Source: Podarcis melisellensis (taxonomy: Eukaryota). From it: 64,000 nt of DNA. Positions 48,402-62,274 of the stretch are shown here, piece by piece. Numbering within the stretch: the stretch's first letter is position 1; each line of letters opens with the position of its first letter. The notes beneath the pieces were generated by a model. That model saw only the letters and a list, made by a program, of their open reading frames with translations. It was not told the origin of the DNA and did not search any database. Made by a program: the position numbers and the translations under genes. The stretch is taken from NCBI GenBank assembly GCA_964234715.1, contig OZ174289.1, one strand, 5' to 3'.

Positions 48402-49344
48402 TTTCATATCAGTATTTTGGTTTAATTAATTAGACGAAATAGAAGGCATGAATGCCAGAGTGAGACAGACGAAAGTGGCAAGCTCAAGCGAGAGTTGGTT
48501 GGCTGCCGGCAATGCATATGCACTTTGCGGAAAACAAAAGCCACCATCATGGAAATGTAGAGTTGGAAGGGACCACTCTGGTAGCACATCTAGCTGCTTC
48601 ATTCGGAACCCAGCACCACATGATTTCGTGCTCCCCTTACCCTTGAAACACACAGAGAGCACGAAAGGGTCCTCTGTTGGGTTATTTTACACCAAGCTCG
48701 CAGCAGGCTAAGTAGCTGCTCCTTGCTGTAGGTCATGCTATTTCAGTGCGCGAGATAAGGGGTCACCTTTTTAAACAGCTCCAATATTTCACTCGCTGCA
48801 GTAGCTCACTTCAGTGTGCTCCGGCAACCCAAGTGCTCCTTAGAGCCTAATATCACAGGAACTGTGTGAAATGTCTTCAGAACACAGTGTGTGTGTGTGT
48901 CCCAGTCACTCAATACCAAATGTACCCAGCCACTCAACATACAATGGAAATGGGGACGCACAGCATGTGCATAGCTTTGATTCAGCACTAGATTGTTTCA
49001 TCGATAAGATCATTTTTTTAAAAAAGGAAAGAAAACACTTGACACTTTGCACTGAGTATCAGTCTTGGCACTTAATACTATTAAGAGGTCCATAGAAAGT
49101 GGTGGGTCATTTTGAAACCACAGGAGCAAGATAATGTTTTGCACTTGCTTTAGATAAGATTTGGCCACTCAGAACGTCCCTCTTCCAATATGTGCTGAAT
49201 TAAAGAGCTACAGAAACATAACAGATTTAAGAGGACTGAACCCCATTCACCTGAGGCTACAATCCTATGGACACCTCTTCCTTGGGAGGAATGAACAGTC
49301 ATGAGATACTACCAAAAAAGGTGGTATAAGGCCTGGTATAGCTA

Positions 49345-49793
49345 GGCCGGCTCTGGCTCCAGCCTGGTGGAACGCTCTGCCTCATGAGACCAGGGCCCTG
49401 CAGGATCTGATTTCTTTCCACAGGGCCTGTAAAACAGAGTTATTCTGCCTGGCCTTTGGCTTGGAATCAACTTGATCCCCTTCCCCTCTATCCTTTCTCC
49501 TTCTGTGATGGAACTCCTATTTGGGGACTTCCCTGGCTCTTTTCTGGCCCACGTAGGACCAGTCTGGATAGTTGGCCTTGGTGAAGATTTGACGTTTTAA
49601 TCCCCAAAAAGTTTTTGATTTGAGTTTCTCCTGAAATGAGGCTGCATTTTAATGTTGTATTTTAATCTTGTTTTTAAGTTGTATTTTAATCAATTGTTTT
49701 ATACTTGGCGTTAGCTGCCCTGAGCCCAGTCTTGGCTGGGAAGGGCAGGGTATAAATAATAATAATAATAACAACAACAACAATAATAATAAT
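49345..49793 (+). mobile_element. L2 LINE 3' fragment (the L1 inserted into its tail)
   Basis: APAWWNALP..RAL...F.RACKTELF end, GCTGCCCTGAG...GGGTATAAATAAT terminus and (AAT/AAC)n tail. Confidence 0.7.
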
Positions 49794-49800
49794 GATTATA

Positions 49801-52800
49801 TTTTTTTAATTTTTTATTTATAAAATTTTCAAATTTAACAATAAATAATAAAGGGGGGGAAACATTCCATTTGAATTATACATCCAAATCTAATCTTTCC
49901 AACTTTCAGACTTCCTTCAGTCTATCTGGAAATTTTCATGTTTTCACAATTATTCACATTTCTTGCATCTATATTGTTTTGTTTTTTTAACCAAATTAAT
50001 CTTAACAATTATTATAAAACAATATTTCTTTCCATTATTATCCCAGAGCTTCTTGAAAACCTACAAACGTTAATTGACCTTCACATATATTCTTAATATA
50101 CTCTGTAAATTTATCCCAGTCCTCGGTAAATCTCTGGTCTCGCCGGTTCCAAATTCTCCCCGTTAGCTTGTCTAATTCTGCGTATTCCATCAACTTCATT
50201 CTCTATTCTTCTTTTGTTGGGATTTCTTCCTCTTTCCATTTTTGTGCCACCAAAATTCTTGCCGCTGTTACTGCATATAAAAACAACTTCTCATCCTTCT
50301 TTTTTATGTCATTTCCTACTATTCCTAACAGAAAAGTTTCTGTTTTTTTAACAAAGGTATATTTCAACATTTTTTTCAATTCATTATAAATCATTTCCCA
50401 GAAACCTTTCATTTTTTACATTCTCAGCACATATGATAGAATGTTCCTTCTTTCTCCTGACATTTCCAACATTTATTACTCATTTTATACATCTTTCCAA
50501 GTTTTACTGGTGTAACATACCATCTATATAACATTTTCATAACATTTTCTTTTATTGTAGTACATGCAGTAAATTTCATTCCTTCTTTCCACAATCTTAT
50601 CCAATCATCAAATTGAATATTATAACCAAAATCTTTGGCCCACTGAATCATTGCAGCTTTAACCTCTTCATCCTTAGTATGCCACTCAAGTAGTAATTTA
50701 TACAGTTTTGATAAAATTTTAACATCATTATTCACAATTTCTTTTTGAAATCTAGATTTTTCATCTTGAAAACCTCTTTCCAGCATCTCTTTTTTAAACA
50801 TCGCATTCAGTTGGAAGTAGTGTAACCAATTAAACACATATTCTTTAACTTCATCATATGGCTTCAATTTCCAATTTTTTCCTTCTTTTATGATTAAATT
50901 CTCATATGTAATCCAGCTCCCCGTCATATTGATCTTCTTAACACTCATTACCTCCAATGGCGACAGCCAGTATGGAGTTTTAAACTCTAATAAATTTTTG
51001 TACCTACAGTATTCCATACTTCCACCAGCGGACCTCGGAAAATGTGATTTTCAAAACCTTTATGCACTCTTTTTTCCTCATACCATAAATATGCGTGCCG
51101 ACCAAATCTATTATCATATCCTTCTAAATCCAAAAGTTCTGAATTTTCCAACTTTATCCATTCTTTCACCCAGCAAAGACATGCAGCCTCAAAATATAAC
51201 TTTAGGTCTGGCAGGGCAAAGCCTCCTCTATCCTTTGCATCCGTTAAAATCTTATATTTTATTCTAGGCTTCTTGCCCTGCCAGACATATCTTGATAATG
51301 CTCTTTGCCATTCTTTAAATATCGTAACACCTTTAATTATTGGTATTGATTGAAATAAAAACAACATTTTTGGTAGCACATTCATTTTTACCGTTGCAAT
51401 TCTTCCCCAAAATGACAATTTCATTCTTCCCCACACTTCCAGGTCCTTCCTAATTTTATTCCAAACTGGTACATAATTATTTTGAAAAAGATCAATACAC
51501 TTGGGAGTTAATATAATCCCAAGATATTTAACTTTCTTAACCACTTCCATATCTGTTTGTTGCTGAATTCTTTCTATTATCTCTTGGTCCATATTTTTAA
51601 CCATTATTTTCATTTTACTCTTATTTAATTTGAATCCGGCAACTTGTCCAAATTGCTCTATCTCTTCTAACACTTCGCTAATACTTTTAATAGTGTCTTC
51701 TATTGTTATAACCAAATCATCAGCAAAGGCTTTTACCTTATATTCCTTGCAACCAACTGTCACACCTTTTATCAAATCGTTACTTCTTAAAGCTCTCAAC
51801 AAGACTTCCAGGACCGATATGAATAACAAGATAAGAGACACCCTTGTCTTGTACCCTTGGTTATAGCAATATCATCTGTCAGTACATTATTAACAATTAA
51901 TTTTGCTCTTTGTTCAGAATATATTGCCTTTACACCATTTACAAATGAATGACCCATCTCCATAAATTCCAGATTCTTTAACATAAATCCCCAATAAATA
52001 TTATCAAATGCCTTTTCCGCATCAACAAATATCAACATCGCTTGCTTATCTTTCTTATTAGTCAGATATTCTATTATATTTATTATATTGTCTTTCATCT
52101 GCCTCCCTGGCAGGAATCCTGTTTGGTCCTTATGTATCAATTCCTTTAATGCCTTTTTCATTCTATTTGCCAAGATGTTAGCAAATATTTTATAGTCATT
52201 ATTCAATAGCAAAATTGGCCTATAATTCTTAACTTGAGTCAAATCTGAATCCTGCTTGGGAATTAATGTTATATATGCTTCTTTCCATGTCTCTGGTATT
52301 TGTCCTTCTTTCAAAATGCTGTTTATAATTTCTACCAACGGTACAAGTAAGATGTCTTTCATTTCTTTGTAGTATCTTGCACCAAATCCATCTGGTCCCG
52401 GAGTCTTCCCACTTTTTAATTCTTTTATAGCCGTTTTAACTTCTTCTATTCCAATTGGTTCATTCAATTTATTTTTATTTGTCACTGGGATCTTTTGCAC
52501 CCCATTCTTCTTTAAATAATCTTCTATCATCTTTATCTTAGTTTTCTCTTTTCTTTTATATAGATCTCTATATAAGTCCACAAATTCTTTCCTTATTCCT
52601 TTTGGATTATCAATGTCTTGGTCTTCTACTTTAATCTTTTTAATTATATTTTGTTCTTTCCTTTTTTTAAGTTGCCACGCCAGCCATTTTCCGGATTTAT
52701 TTGCAAATTCAAAATTCTTTTGTTTCATTCTTTTTATATTCCACTCTACTTCTTTATTGATTATCATAGCGAATTGTGTTTGAAGTAATTTTATACTTTG

Positions 52801-53122
52801 CTTAACTTTTTCATCCTTAGGTCTGTTGATCAATTTTTTTTCATTCTCCATTATTTGTCTTAAGATTTCTTTTTCCCCTCTTTCTCTCAATCTGTTTTTT
52901 ATTGCATTTTGCTGAATGAAGAAACCTCTCATGACCGCTTTACTAGCATCCCAAACCATATTAATTTTTGTTTCCTTATTTATATTGTTCACAAAATAGT
53001 CAGTTAAACATTTCTGTGCTCTTTCCACAATCTTCTGGTCATCAAAGAGATTCTCATTTATTCTGCACCTGAATGATTTTTCTTCATGCCCTTTCAAAAT
53101 ACCTTGGATGGCGTTGTGGTCA
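49801..53122 (-). mobile_element. L1-clade LINE, 5'-truncated at the end of the endonuclease domain; ORF2 broken by a few frameshifts/stops
   Basis: Begins with SDHNAI (APE end), then PGPDGF, YRPILLLNNDYKI, DQTGFLPGR, DAEKAFD, GTRQGC, FADD and a C-terminal KCWKC..H..C knuckle; A-rich tail at 49801; TSD GATTATA (49794-49800, 53123-53129). Confidence 0.95.
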
Positions 53123-56100
53123 GATTATAAAAATCTTTTATTTATTTATTGCATTTGTATTACACCTTTCCTCTAAAGAGCTTGTTGTCGTATACACAAT
53201 TCATTATACGCACACACACACCCCTTAGCCTCCACAACAACCCTGCTAAAATGGGGGGCGGGGTGGGACAGACCTGCGTTTTAGAAAGGGGTTTCAGTGC
53301 AGATCACTTGTGATCAGGAAGTGATTTTGCACTGAAACCTCTGCCAAAACAAAGGTTTCCCCCCCCTTCCATTTTAGCAAGGTGCTTTGAAGTCCCATTG
53401 CAGCATCAGGTGATTGAGATGCATTTAGCACATGAGGCCAATTCTGGCAAGGATCTGGGCCCTCGGAGCCAAGAGATTTTCCTGTAACTGACATATAGGA
53501 AACTTCTGGTTCATAAAGCTAGTATTGTTCACACTTGAACAATGGCTCTCCAATGTTTTTTTTTTCTTTTTAGCCCTGGAGATGGCAGGATTTGAACCTG
53601 AGACTTTTGCATGCAAAGCACATGTTCTGCTCCTGAACTTCATTCTCTCTTGTAGCTGTGGCATAACAAAGCTAGTCCTTTTGTTTACCAGGGCCTGTTA
53701 AGGGGTTGGCTGGCTGAATAAATTTTGTGCAATTTAGGAAGTGGGTAAGACCTTACTCCCTCCTTGAAAGCAGCATCATGGAAGGGAAGGGAACCTAAAG
53801 CTTCCAGAGGATTTAGCCAGTTAGAACCAGGTGAAATAGAGGCATATGACTACTCAGTTGGCTTTCTGTAAATATGGATAAAATAGTTTCTGTTTGATAA
53901 AGCACAATAAAACAGGTTTCTGGGGCCTTCAAAGCACATTTAAAGCTCATTCTTCCTCTCAAAGGATTCTGGGAACTGCAGTTTGCCCCTCATGGAGTTA
54001 CAGCTTTCAGCAACCCTTAACAAATTACAATGTCCAGAATTTTTAAGGTGGTAAATGTGCTTTTAAATGTATATAGTATGTACAGCCTGACTGTCCTTTC
54101 CATAAGATTTTTTGGTCTAGCATAACTTCAGGCCATCCACCACAGCCAGCACTGTCAGCCAGAACCTTCCCCCTCAGTTGTTGTTGTTGTTGTTGTTTTG
54201 GAACATTGGCAGACGGATAAGGATGGCTGCTAGGCAACACAGTCAGTCATATACACAGAGCGGCAGCCAAAGATAATGGCTGACGAATTCACACTTAAGA
54301 AGAAGAAAATACTAATTTCCCCCAGTTCTGCTCCTTCTAATCCTTTGGAGTAGATGCTGGAAACTGTAGTTCTGCGAGAGGAAGAGGTGCTTCCTAACAA
54401 CTCTCAGCGCCCGTAACAAACTAGGGTTTCCAGGATTGTTCCAAGGAGCCACGACTGTTTCTAGTGGTTTAACGCAATTCTGCTTTAAATGTACACTTTG
54501 CACGTGAAGGTTCAGAGGTCATCCTGCTTGCTCTGTTCTCATGAATGGGGACAGATGCATGCATATTACCAAGTCGTAAAAACAGAACAGTAGCCCAAGC
54601 CAGGAGTATTCTGGGCAGTGCATGAATTCTCTTCTTTGACCAGCCCTGCAAAATACCCCATGTCTAATCCAGATGGTTGCGGGTTCAATACAAGTTCAGC
54701 AACGCTCAATATCACATTTGTTTACCCTTCCCTGTAAAGAGTAAACTCTCCCTGGTCTTGGTTCCTGTATATATGATGGTTTTCCAGATGTGCCTCCTGT
54801 CCTGTCCTCACCTCAAACCACCAACCCCTTCCAGGTCTCCTGTTTCTTAGTTTATCACCTCCTCTGCTCTTCCCAGCCTTCCTCAGCCATCAGCCCCTAG
54901 GCTCCCAGCACTAGACAATAGCACACCTTTAAATTATCACACACAGGCAAATTAACACATGCAAATGAACATCAGCATTTTACTTTGTCTTGCTGAAAAG
55001 CATTTTACTTTGTCTTGCTGAAAGAGATCGCCTTAATAAAGCAAATACTTCTGTGTCCTATTACTGAAACAACTAGCCCTCCAAAAACACTTTGCACTTG
55101 TGGTTCTTAGGTGTTTCTATTTTCATTCGGTGCCTTTTCTCTTCTACAAAGTATTTCTGCAATAATTCCTTCCTCCTTCCTCCTGTTGCTGAGAGTTAAA
55201 CAATGGATGTGGCTAAGACTGTCATCTCCTCCAAAACTACAGGTTGTAAACCCAAGAACAAAGCTTGGTTTATCCGGAGCAAGACAAACTACAAGCCCAG
55301 ATTCAGACAACATACCACAACAAACCATGACTTATAACAGTGGTACAGTGACACTACTAAGCTATAGTTTTGTTTAGCATTATGTGCGAACTAACTCAGG
55401 GTAAGGCACTGTTCCTTTCTTTTTAAAATCATATTGGCTTGGAAAATTAGATTCAGAGCATCGTGCATCCTGTAGCCCTGCCTTCACACCTTCTTATTTT
55501 GTCCAAGAGACAACCTGATACCAGAATCGTTGAGAATGCCCAGCAAACCTAAGTGTTACAAAACCACTGCAGTCTCTGCAGGCATTTTCCTGTTTGCATT
55601 TCAAGGAGTAGCAAGTTTTATGTTATCAAGAGCTTAACCTCCTATACCAAGGAAACTTAACTCCATACAAAAAAAAACACCAGCAGTGCTGCAATCAGGT
55701 TATTTTACACTCTGAACTTGATAGTCGGTCTAGATGGCAACATGCATTGCTTCACCCATATGAAGCAAGAGCTTGGTTACCCAACCTGTGGTTATCAAGG
55801 CCTGCTGTATTTCAGGGCCCTCTGTTCATTCTGTTGAGCGAGGCCCTGGACTTCTGCCCCCAAAGTCCTGTTCTGGCATTAAGCACCAACCCACAACTCC
55901 AATTTCAAGTGTGTTAAAGCCTAATAATAATGCAAAGAAAGAAAGTGATCAGCCCAGCTCGTGAGCACAAACCTTAAAAGGGGCTTCTACCGTCTGGGCT
56001 ATGTGTATCTCTAAGCTGTCTCTTGAGGTTCCCATAGCTCAAATGAAAATGATTCCAAGCAAATCAGCTACCAGTTCTTGCATAACGCTGGCAGGCCGAA

Positions 56101-58381
56101 GTTTGCAAAGAACAAAAGGAAATGATTAACAGAGGAAAGTTGCATGTTTTATAAACTTCTTTAAAAAAGGTGTCAAGATGCCCCTCTGAAATGCACCTTG
56201 ACTGACATTTCCCAGACACTTGACCACTGGGACAGCCTTTCCCAAAAAAATTAAAAAGGGAGACCCACCATAATCTTACACCTGCAAAGTGGTTCCATCG
56301 TGATGGGGCTTTGAGGCACCCAGCAGAATGAGCTGGCAGATCCCCAAATGCAGCCAGGTTAGCTTACCTTATTTTGAAGTCATAAAGAATGATCAGATAT
56401 CCATTAAGTTCCCCATGCCATGTTCCTATGTAACTTACTCTTCCTGGTGTATTGCATGATTGAAAGAAGGCAGGTTCAGCGCGGTAACTCACACAGAGAT
56501 ACAGCAGGCACCTTCTTCTCCTTCTGTAGCCCCACTACATGACCAAGCAAATGTTCCAGTCATGCCTGAAGCAAAAATGGGACAGAATTAACATCCTCCA
56601 ATGGTGACTGAGAGAGTGGTAGTACAGAACAACTATTCATACAGGTGCACAGCAAGCAGCCTCCTTTACAAAAAGATAATTTGAGCTCAGATATGGCATT
56701 CATAGGGATGATCACTTGGTGGTACAGAACCTAATTTACAAGCAAAAAGTCTTAGGTTCAACCCAAAAATCTCCAGTTAAAGGAATCAGGTGGCAGATGG
56801 TGTCAAAAAGTCCTCTTGCCAGAGGCTCTGGAGTCTAGATGCTCTAAGAGCAAATTTAAAGGGAGGAGTGCTGCAAAAGAGCTCAGTCCTCCCTCTCCCC
56901 TGCTCAGACAGGATGGCAGGCAATGGATTAGATAGATGGGTGTGGCAACCCGTGTATCATGAGATGTCATAGTGATGTCAAGAGATTGATAAGTGGGTTT
57001 ACCTACCTGTCAAAGATGTTCCACTTGAGCTAATCAGTTTCCTCAACTCTGCTTTGGAAAGTTTATCAGAAAAATATAGGCAGCTTCCGCTGTTCCTTAT
57101 GCAGTTTCTACTTGTGACACATTGTTTGGGAACTCTTGCCCTCATCATCACCTCCTATATTTATTCCTCTTTGTGCAACCAATAATTCCTTCAACAGATT
57201 GCTTGATTGCATTTCAAGGCATGTCCCACCCACCCAATAAGAGTAATTGCAAAAAACCTATTTGTAGAGGGTTGTGCCAGTCTTTGCACCACTCAGCCAA
57301 TCACAAAACGAAAGTATTGCTATGGCAAGCAGGTCCTACCTGTCTGTAAATAGTTCTTTCATTTTTCTAAGTGGCAAATAATTGTTGCTAAGTAGAAATA
57401 CATACACTGGAAATGATGAGTGTGACCTCCAGCAAAATATGCTCATGATTCCAGACGGCCATGGCCATTCCCAGCAGACTCCCTTTCATCTACTGTCTCC
57501 CTCCCCAGCAACCTGGCTCCCCACCCCGCCATTTTTGTTCTCCTGCAAAACTTGGGTCTTCCCCACCAACTTGATGCTGCCTGTGCATGGATGATGCCAT
57601 TTTCTGAACAAGGAGCAACAAGTTCACTGTTAAGTTCATAAGTTGACAATATTTTAGATACTCGGGACCCAGAATTGATCCACACAGAATTGGCATGGGA
57701 ATGGCTTCTAATTGCACAGGAATTTGCCCTGCAGGAAGAACCAGGGATTTTCCTTGGTTGGAGAGAGGTGTGGATGACAAGTCACTGAGAACACACACAC
57801 TGCCCCGAGACTTACATTGATGTGACTCCATGGAGAAGCAAGTTGCCCCACCGAGAACAGAAGATCGGCTAGATAGCAATTCCCAGCCATCATGCAACTG
57901 TGGTTTTTGATCGGTATGCTGGCACACCACACTAATTTTTTTTCTACGGTGTTGGAACAGCACGATGTGTAAACTGCAAGGAAGATGTCGAAAAAGCTCC
58001 CATGATTTTCTGAGTTAACAGGGTTGCAATGGGATTTCCACCCCACCCCGGAAACAATTAACACAGTAATGAGTGCTAAATGTCTGCCAGATCCCCCTGG
58101 ATTTCCAGAAGCTGCTTTTCCTGTCCCGTGAAAGATAAAATTGACAGGTAAGGAAGTGTTGGGAAGATGGAATAAAATGGGGCTTTTTTGTTTGCTTTAT
58201 GGAGGTCTTTCCCATAGAATCATGTAGGTGAAAGGCTCTCTTGTCAACCGCTCCTGTCACTTCCAATACAAAGGTAGCCCCATCTCTACAGTCCCTTCCA
58301 GCCATATATATATTTCCACTCAGTTCAAAACCGGCAGCATTCAGGTGCCAGCCATTAGTTCCAAAGAGGATAGCCTGCCAG

Positions 58382-58408
58382 TTATTATTATTATTATTAT
58401 TATTATTA
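58382..58408. repeat. (TTA)n microsatellite
   Basis: Direct reading; a similar tract lies at about 45477-45508. Confidence 0.9.
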
Positions 58409-59423
58409 GAAGCAGCATGCAAAATAAAGGGTCTTTGCAGAGGTATGAAGTTGAGCCAGAGACACCCAACCTGGTCCCTGCCTATGTTGCTGGGCTTTCA
58501 TCACCCTTGACTGTTTGGCCATACTGACTGGGGCTGATGGAATCTGGACAAATATCTGGGGGATTCCACATTGGCTAAGCCCATAAAAGGAACAGATCAG
58601 GTAACTGGATGGGCAGAAACGTTTGCAAGCACTTAAAAGTAAGAACACACCTGAGGAGGATTTTCAAGCAATGAGGAACACGCAGCAAGTGCAATGCACT
58701 CTAGAGATCTCCCAACACATACACCACAATAAACCAAAAACTAGGGTATTGCCATGTATGGACAACCAATCCAGTCCTTAGCCAAGAATCTCATTGAAAT
58801 ATGATTCAAGTCAAGAGTTTTTGAGCCCAGAGCTTGCAGTCATTCCAACTCTTGCGCTGCACCATTATTTAGATGTAGCGAACTTTGGCCTTCCAGATGT
58901 TGCTGAACTACCTCTCATCACCCCTGGCCATTGGCCATGCTTGCTGTGGCTGCAGCTCAGCAACACCTAGAGGGCCAAAGATTCCCCACACTTTAAAGCA
59001 GTGTCAAAAGCTTGCCAGCCACGTATTTTTACAGAATCCACACCTCTTATCAGTAGTTCTTCCATATTTTAGAAATGACCCATAATCATACATAGCCTGA
59101 AATAGACTGAAGAATGGCCAGTGGAGGGAAATTGGGTTCTCCTGAAACACAAAGTATCCTGCTTCAAATACTGCTTTTTCATGGGAAACGCTAGTTTTTA
59201 TTATTCCCCCGCCACGATCACAAGAGATTTTTGTTTTGGGTCAGCAACTGGTTCTGCTGGAAAAAGACAACTCAAATTCCACCCTCTGAAGTCACCTGGC
59301 TACATACATGGTGCTTATTTTTCCAAACCTCATTCCTCTCTATGGGGTTAGGGCCCTGCACTTGCTGATGCCTATTCAATAGCATCTTCTTTCCCCATGA
59401 TTTTTTCTTTCATTCCACCCAGC

Positions 59424-59792
59424 AAAGGTAGGGGACCCCTGGACGGTTTAGTCCAGTCAAAGGTGACTATGGTGTTGCGGCGCTCATCTCGCTTCAGGCC
59501 GAGGGAGCTGGTGTTTGTTGACAGACAGCTTTCTGGGTCATGTGGCCAGCAGGACTAAACCGCTTCTGGCAAAATGCAAGCTCATGACAGAAACCAGAGG
59601 GCATTGAAACGCCGTTTACCTTCCCGCCACAGTGGTACCTATTTATCTACTTGTGCTGGTGTGCTTTTGAACTGCTAGATTGGGAGGAGCTGGGACAGAG
59701 CAAATGGAGCTCACCCCATCGCAGGGATTTGAACCTCTGATCCACAAGCCCAAGAGACTCAGTCGTTTAGACCACAGCACCACCCGCATCCC
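59424..59792 (-). mobile_element. Sauria SINE (second subfamily)
   Basis: Full-length; TSD ATTCCACCCAG (59412-59422, 59796-59806). Confidence 0.92.
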
Positions 59793-61891
59793 ACTATTCC
59801 ACCCAGTATACAGCTGCAGCCTTGTTATTTTTAAACATGGGGCTGGCCTTTAGTTGCTGCTTGTGTACTTCTGGGCATTACCATCCCACGCAGAGCGGTG
59901 TGTCCACATTTGCCAAGACCCTTTCATTTGGGATAGAAGTAATGTTTCTTAGATGATCCCTTGGGTAGCATTTTTCACACTGCTGATTACTAGGGCAGCG
60001 AAGCTTTCTCCAATCAAACTAAAGACAACAACATGCTAGCAATCAGCTAAACACATTGCTGCCTGAACTGTAAAATTAGAGGCATACCAAGCCTGCACCG
60101 CAAAAGTGGGAGAAGTTATAGCCTGCTAGGGGGTAGAGGAACCCATTCTGTAATCTTCCACCTCATTTTTACAGTACTACTGTGGAAGAGTAATCAAAGA
60201 CTGTTCCCCATGAGATCACCTGGGGCTTCTGACATGTCAGAAGGTACCAAAATACAGCAACTCCTATCAGGGTATGTCGGGGGTATCCCTGAAGGCTGTT
60301 GAGTTCAATTCAACAAACAGCCCCATCATAAAATAAGCACATATTGAAGTTCCCCATAGAGCAGATGGGAGTGAGATTGCCGTAAGGCAAGACACTCTAG
60401 CAAGCCGATGGCCAAAAACAGGGACTGAACTGGAGATTTCCTTATTTGCAGCTCAGTCTTAACCATGCTAGGTAGGAGCTCTAAAACTACCTACAGCTAC
60501 AAACGAACATGGTGTGGTTTTTACCAGTTTATTTTTGGTGGTGTGAATACAGTGGCATTCTTCCACAAGATGGAAGAAAAGGAATTGCACATGTATTCAC
60601 CCTACACAGACAAACACACCATTTTTCCAGCTTTGGCAGATTCCAGATTCCCCAAATGCGGTCAGTTTCATAGAACTCCCAGCTGCACATATGCCGCTGG
60701 CTCTCCTGCACAAAAACTCCCCAAAATATGCATGTAGCTAGCACACTTTACTGGGGTAAGAATGGGACAGAGAGGAGTGGAGTCCAGGAATTAAATTTCA
60801 AGTTTCAAACTACCAAGAAAGTTGACTTTTCAGTCGCTTGGTGCTCAGCTGAAGTTCTGTTTGGTCTCTGTTCTTTTACCCAGGTGAAGAGCAGAGTAAA
60901 TGGTGAGAAAAATGGAAAGCATCTTCCCCATCATCGCAGATTACGGAACACTCTCCCAAGAGTGGTACAAATGACTCTCTCTTAATAAGTAGGTTATTGA
61001 GATGTATTTCAGTAAGCATTTCTAAAACTAAATTCCAATTTTCTTTTCTTCTGAATTCTCTGTTCGCTTGCTTTTATTTTAAAAGCTGTGTACCTAGATA
61101 GCAGAATAAAGTAGTATGTTGACTCAAGCCATCCAGAGCTGGGTTCAAATTGTTGCTCAGCCCTAAATCAAACTGGATAGCCTTGGGCACATCACCATTT
61201 CAGCCAAATCTACTTCAGAGCGATGAGAATTTAACAGAACAGCAGCTAAATGTTGACACAGAAGTTTTAGTTGCACTTGGGACTCCCTAAAAAAACAACA
61301 ACTGAATTTGAATCATGACCAGCTTGTCCTATTCATTTTGGTGTGACCCAAGCACAGCAAACCTTTCTGAATACAATGGGTGGGGTGGAGACCAAGTTAG
61401 CTGCGTTTGACTTCCACAAAGATCAACAGAAGTTGTCTTTTTAAATTCCGCTGCTACCAATAGGACCCAAAAGAGCCTAGCTTACCCTGGATCTTAGTGT
61501 GGCCCCATCCCACTGTAACCCAATGTGACATTATCCTCATCCAATAATTTCATTCTGTACAGCAAGTGTGGGTAAACCTTTAGGTCGCTAGACATTGCTG
61601 AGATCTAGTTATTATGCTGTAACTTGGCTTCCTCAACCAAGCATAGCACTTACAACCCTCCTTCCTCCCCTATACCCACCCACCCAAAGAGCATTGAACC
61701 CATCTCTTTGCAGAAGTGCTGAAAACCCATGCACCAAGGTGGCCAAGGCTGCCTTTGCAAGATTCAACGATGAATACTTATGGCCATCTAATATTCTTCC
61801 TACCAATACCCGGGCTGCTGGTGGGCAAGGGACAAGGCAGGAAAACACCACAAGTCTGAAACAGTTTAAACACAGGACAAAAAAGGCACAT

Positions 61892-61897
61892 TTTAAT
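61892..61897 (-). terminator. Candidate distal ATTAAA polyadenylation signal of HMGB3
   Basis: ATTAAA on the gene strand preceded by TGTA and followed by GU/U-rich sequence (tgtgcctttttgtcctgtgttt...ttgtggtgttttcc). Confidence 0.45.
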
Positions 61898-62274
61898 ATT
61901 TACAAAGCATAGCATTTGGGCTATAAAGGTACCCAACACAGCTAGAAAGAAACATCTGCTCCCCCTTAGTCACCTACCTTTCCAAATGGTGGTAATTCTC
62001 ACAATTTAATATCACAAGCCTCCTACTTTCAAAGGAGCAAGAGACTCAAACTTGCATAGCATCTTTAACTCAAGTAGTCACCTTTCCTAGACCAGTATTG
62101 AAACTGTGCTTCACGTTCATCCTTGGGAAAGTGGGGGAAAATATCTGCTATAAGTTTTAAACTGGTCCACTGGCTGAGTTGACGCTGCCAGAACTGCTAA
62201 TGTTTCCTTTTGCTGCCGCTGCTGCTGCAGGGAACCTTGTTCAAAGCAGAAAATTTTTAGAATATTGTCAAGAG

